DNA of 64,000 bases. Source: Candidatus Zestomicrobium tamdykulense (GTDB taxonomy: Archaea; Thermoproteota; Thermoprotei_A; Sulfolobales; NBVN01). This document shows positions 61,074 through 64,000 of the stretch, piece by piece (the stretch's first letter is position 1; each line of letters opens with the position of its first letter). A program made the position numbers and the translations under genes. Below the pieces are notes generated by a model, which saw nothing but the letters and a program-made list of their open reading frames with translations, had not been told where the DNA came from and made no database searches. Where the stretch lies: the NCBI GenBank assembly GCA_039889305.1, contig JAVVFV010000002.1, positions 6,401 to 70,400 on the forward strand. The letters run 5' to 3'.

Positions 61074-61577
61074 CTACTTTCTCCACTCATCCTCGTATTT
61101 AAGAAAGAGTGAATCGTAGAATCCCTCATCAATCAACTTAATAACTTCCTTAGCATTCTTACCCTCAACACTCAAACCTATAGTTGATGCGGTAGAAACC
61201 AAACTCTTCACAGCAGCTTTCAAGTTCCTGGAATTCATTTCGTTTTTCTTCATTAAAGCAACCTTAATCACGTCCTCAATACTTATATTACCTACCTTCT
61301 TATGTGCTGGATCTCCTGAAGGCTCGGAAACCCCCGCCATCTTAAGAAGAAGTGATGAAGTTGAGGGTGACTTAACCTCAATCCTGTAATTCTTGGTATC
61401 CGTGTCAACGTGAAGTAACACAGTAACCTCAAAATCTTTGAGGTGTTTGGTCAACTCATTTATCTTATTGATTACTTCATTAACGTCTAGACCTAACTGA
61501 GTTATAGTAGGCCCTACAGGTGGTTGGGGCGTTGCTGACGCCCCCTTAACTTTAAGCCTTACGGTACGCCACACCAC
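61074..61577 (-). CDS. rpl11: 50S ribosomal protein L11 (uL11)
   Basis: KGASATPQPPVGPTITQLGLDV; operon order. Confidence 0.9.
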   Translation of the reverse strand: MVWRTVRLKVKGASATPQPPVGPTITQLGLDVNEVINKINELTKHLKDFEVTVLLHVDTDTKNYRIEVKSPSTSSLLLKMAGVSEPSGDPAHKKVGNISIEDVIKVALMKKNEMNSRNLKAAVKSLVSTASTIGLSVEGKNAKEVIKLIDEGFYDSLFLKYEDEWRK

Positions 61578-61583
61578 ACCACA

Positions 61584-62063
61584 TCACCTCTTAACAGGCT
61601 TCACATCATCTGCTGGTAACGTGACCTCCATCTTGAAGGAGGCCTCCAGTATGTTTAGCGTGACTGTTCTCTTACTCACGTTAACACTTATAATTTGGGC
61701 CTTTAAGCCTTTAAAAGGTCCTGAAACAACCTCCACAATATCTCCTGGGCGGAGCTCCTCAAGAGGTGACACAACCTTAAGTAATCTCTCAACCTCCTCC
61801 TCCGTAAGAGAACCCATAGCCTGCCCCTTCACGTGCTTTATGTCTTTAGCTATCTTGTGAACTATGTGGTGTCCCTTAGTCTCTATTATTATGTAGCCCT
61901 TAACCTTAGGAGGTATTATTATGGAGTAAATACCTTTAGTCTCGGTATTCCTTATTAAGGACTCAAGCATTAACGCAACATTAAGTTCCTGCCCAGCAGT
62001 AGTTCTTAGTATGACGTACTTATGTTGCTTATCACTCTGTGTTACGCTTCCTCCCTCACTCAA
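61584..62063 (-). CDS. spt5: Transcription elongation factor Spt5 (NusG homolog)
   Basis: NGN domain YVILRTTAGQELNVALMLE and KOW motif GDIVEVVSGPFKGLKAQIISV. Confidence 0.9.
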   Translation of the reverse strand: MSEGGSVTQSDKQHKYVILRTTAGQELNVALMLESLIRNTETKGIYSIIIPPKVKGYIIIETKGHHIVHKIAKDIKHVKGQAMGSLTEEEVERLLKVVSPLEELRPGDIVEVVSGPFKGLKAQIISVNVSKRTVTLNILEASFKMEVTLPADDVKPVKR

Positions 62064-62073
62064 TACATACCCC

Positions 62074-62247
62074 TCACAAGTATCCCTGAACGTAGGAAAG
62101 TATTAAGTGAACAACAAAACCTATAAGACCTACTAATATCATTCCTCCTAAAGTTATCTTGAGTAATGTTCTGTACTCGTCACTCTCAGGCTTCTCCGAG
62201 ATAGTTATTATTTTTCTCCACATAGCTACTATCTCCTCTATCTTCAT
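62074..62247 (-). CDS. secE: Protein translocase subunit SecE / Sec61-gamma (57 aa, below the ORF-track cutoff)
   Basis: Hand translation: MKIEEIVAMWRKIITISEKPESDEYRTLLKITLGGMILVGLIGFVVHLILSYVQGYL*, with a single C-terminal TM. Conserved position directly upstream of spt5. Confidence 0.8.
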   Translation of the reverse strand: MKIEEIVAMWRKIITISEKPESDEYRTLLKITLGGMILVGLIGFVVHLILSYVQGYL

Positions 62248-62259
62248 GGCCTCACCTTT

Positions 62260-63189
62260 CTAAGTGTTAATACTGAGAAGATTATTAAGTATTAAGTCGG
62301 GATTAAACTCTAGTAAGTCGCCATAACTCTGCCCGACACCCACGTACAGTATCTTCTTCCCTAAAGTTAGTATTATGCTTAGTGCTGATCCTCCCTTAAC
62401 ATCAGCGTCTACCTTAGTGAGTATTACCGCATCAACACCTACTGCTTCATCAAACCATCTAGCTTGTGAAACAGCATCATTACCTACTAGAGCATCTAAA
62501 ACCAAGACCTTTAGATTAGGTCTCACAACCCTAACTACCTTCCTGAGTTCCTCCATTAGGTCTCTATCAGTATGCATTCGCCCAGCAGTATCTATCAATA
62601 CAGCATCATACTTGTTCTTAGTAGCGTGTATTAGTCCGTCTTTAGCTACCGCTGCAGGATCAGCACCATACTTACCCTTAATTATCGGGACCCCAACCCT
62701 ACTCGCATGTATTTCTAGCTGTTCTAGTGCGCCAGCTCTGAAAGTATCTGCCGCAACGATTAGAGGTTTTAATCCGTTATTCAGTAACTTATACGCAACC
62801 TTAGCTATCGTGGTTGTTTTCCCTACCCCATTAACACCTAAGAAAACAATAACGTAAGGTTTTTGTGATTCCCTGATTAAGGTGCTTAAGTCGTTGCTGA
62901 AGGTGCTACCACCAAGCAACTCCTTAAGTGTTTCCCTAACAACCCTCAAAACATACTCTCTAGAACTACCAAGTCGAGGTACTTTAGCACTAACCAACTT
63001 ACTAGCTAGTCTAGAACGAAGAACCTCAACAGCCTCGAGAGCTACATCACCTTCTAAAAGAAGCCACTGAAACTCATCAAATATCTCATTAAATTCCTTC
63101 TCACTTAATTCTTTCTTACTTACAGTCTCTTCTAGAGTGTTAACAAAACTACTCAGCGCTTCCTTAATCTTACGAAACACAACAATCAC
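62260..63189 (-). CDS. ftsY: Signal recognition particle receptor FtsY
   Basis: NG domain: GVNGVGKTTTIAKVA, DTAGR and LTKVD. Confidence 0.95.
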   Translation of the reverse strand: MIVVFRKIKEALSSFVNTLEETVSKKELSEKEFNEIFDEFQWLLLEGDVALEAVEVLRSRLASKLVSAKVPRLGSSREYVLRVVRETLKELLGGSTFSNDLSTLIRESQKPYVIVFLGVNGVGKTTTIAKVAYKLLNNGLKPLIVAADTFRAGALEQLEIHASRVGVPIIKGKYGADPAAVAKDGLIHATKNKYDAVLIDTAGRMHTDRDLMEELRKVVRVVRPNLKVLVLDALVGNDAVSQARWFDEAVGVDAVILTKVDADVKGGSALSIILTLGKKILYVGVGQSYGDLLEFNPDLILNNLLSINT

Positions 63190-63196
63190 TCTTTAA

Positions 63197-63676
63197 CTAA
63201 GAACTAGTACCTCTTGCTTGCTGAGTTCTTGCTTGCTGCGCCTGAACCAAGATAGAATTAACTAGGTTTTCTAGTTTCTCGTAATGATTGAGAGCTCTAA
63301 CTAGTTCTTTCTGGAGTTCCTCAGCAATACCTCTATACTCCTTCTCTTTACTAGTTAATACCTCGAAAGCCTTATCTAGAGAAAGCTCAGCATAATACTC
63401 CAAACCAACATGCGTTATAACTCTGTCAACGTAATGTGGTGAAGCCTTAATCAAAACATATCCTCTCCTATCAGCAGGTGCTAAAAACTCACTCACGCCC
63501 TCATCCCTAAACTCTGTTAAGGCGTTAATACTAGATTTAATCTCATTTAATTCTTCCTGAACTTGATTAAGTTGATTCTGTAAAGCATCAATATACTTCT
63601 TTAACTCAGTTAACTGAGCAAGAAGAACCTCAAAACTCACAACCTGCTTTCTCTCAACACTCTTGTCTGAACTCAA
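63197..63676 (-). CDS. pfdA: Prefoldin alpha subunit
   Basis: Two long coiled coils flank the beta-hairpin core (LAPADRRGYVLIKASP..VITHVGLEYYAELSLDKA). Part of the LX-pfdA-ftsY synteny. Confidence 0.8.
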   Translation of the reverse strand: MSSDKSVERKQVVSFEVLLAQLTELKKYIDALQNQLNQVQEELNEIKSSINALTEFRDEGVSEFLAPADRRGYVLIKASPHYVDRVITHVGLEYYAELSLDKAFEVLTSKEKEYRGIAEELQKELVRALNHYEKLENLVNSILVQAQQARTQQARGTSS

Positions 63677-63939
63677 CTAAACCAACCCTTAAGCTTAGCT
63701 AACTCCTTAACAATCCTCTTCTTAGCTTCCTCCGGTCTTATCTCGACTACATCAAGTATTTTTATGTGTTTCCTCTTCAGCTTATGCTTACTACCCATCA
63801 ACGAATAAACCTTCTCTAAAGCTTCCTCCTTAGTGAGAGCTCTTACTTCCAAAGAAAATTTCTGCCAGAACTTGAGCTTATCAGGACTAAACAACGCAAC
63901 ACCATTAACTCTGTAAGTCTTGACCTCACTACCCACCAC
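63673..63939 (-). CDS. rplX: 50S ribosomal protein LX / L18Ae (eL20)
   Basis: KTYRVNGVALFSPDKLKFWQKFSLEVRALTKEEALEKVYSLMGSKHKLKRKHIKI; 4-nt overlap with pfdA. Confidence 0.75.
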   Translation of the reverse strand: MVGSEVKTYRVNGVALFSPDKLKFWQKFSLEVRALTKEEALEKVYSLMGSKHKLKRKHIKILDVVEIRPEEAKKRIVKELAKLKGWFS

Positions 63940-64000
63940 TCACACCAAACATTAATGGAGATGAAGCTTATAAAATCATCCTGGCATAACTAGAATCAGG

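Noticed and set aside
1-64000. CRISPR arrays, IS elements or transposases, rRNA genes, RNase P RNA, SRP RNA and inteins in RadA, RtcB, IleRS and AlaRS.
   Set aside because: There are no regularly spaced direct repeats, no transposase-like ORFs and no long G+C-rich non-coding stretches. The large proteins have uninterrupted family-typical lengths.
63968-64000. A 10-codon open frame at the right edge (minus strand, ..PDSSYARMIL*) that could be the end of an upstream gene such as eIF6.
   Set aside because: It is too short to support any call.

Overview
The window reads as core chromosome of a hyperthermophilic crenarchaeon (Thermoprotei). The markers are Cren7, a single-OB crenarchaeal SSB, a CdvB-like ESCRT-III protein, a free-standing ThrRS editing subunit, and five tRNAs, three of them with introns. 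All calls come from reading the ORF track and the raw sequence; no database search was possible, so family names are recognition-level assignments.

Content by region:
- 2.2-14.6 kb: the distal S10/spc ribosomal supercluster, L22 through L14e, including SecY, adenylate kinase, a DUF106 insertase-like protein, Cmk and an RNase P subunit.
- 59.3-63.9 kb: the SecE-Spt5-L11-L1-L10 cluster with FtsY, prefoldin alpha and LX.
- Scattered translation genes: IleRS, AlaRS, ThrRS-ed, aIF1A-Rio1-Dim2, NMD3, aIF2-beta, RtcB and an MtaB-like methylthiotransferase.
- Also RadA, an A24 prepilin peptidase and a translin-like protein.

Points most worth a second look:
1. A tight five-gene minus-strand module at 32.9-38.9 kb: a PreA/DPD-like Fe-S flavoprotein, an SsnA-like amidohydrolase, carbamate kinase and two YgeW-like non-canonical carbamoyltransferases. 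It looks like an undescribed archaeal ATP-yielding ureido/nucleobase fermentation pathway.
2. The L12/P1 stalk gene is missing from its usual slot between L10 and alaS. A 400-bp non-coding spacer with a nested hairpin sits there instead.
3. A divergent AsnRS/AspRS-like paralog is translationally coupled to an Lrp/AsnC regulator.
4. A textbook C/D-box sRNA lies next to an unusual tRNA-Trp locus.
5. A gene-decay patch at 53.6-55.3 kb holds a P-type ATPase remnant, a T2SSF/FlaJ-like remnant and a frameshifted ORF. A PUA/EVE-like pseudogene lies beside tRNA-Asn.
6. Orphan small genes: a PqqD-like protein and a Trp-rich DUF5320/DUF134 pair.

No CRISPR array, transposase or rRNA gene was seen.
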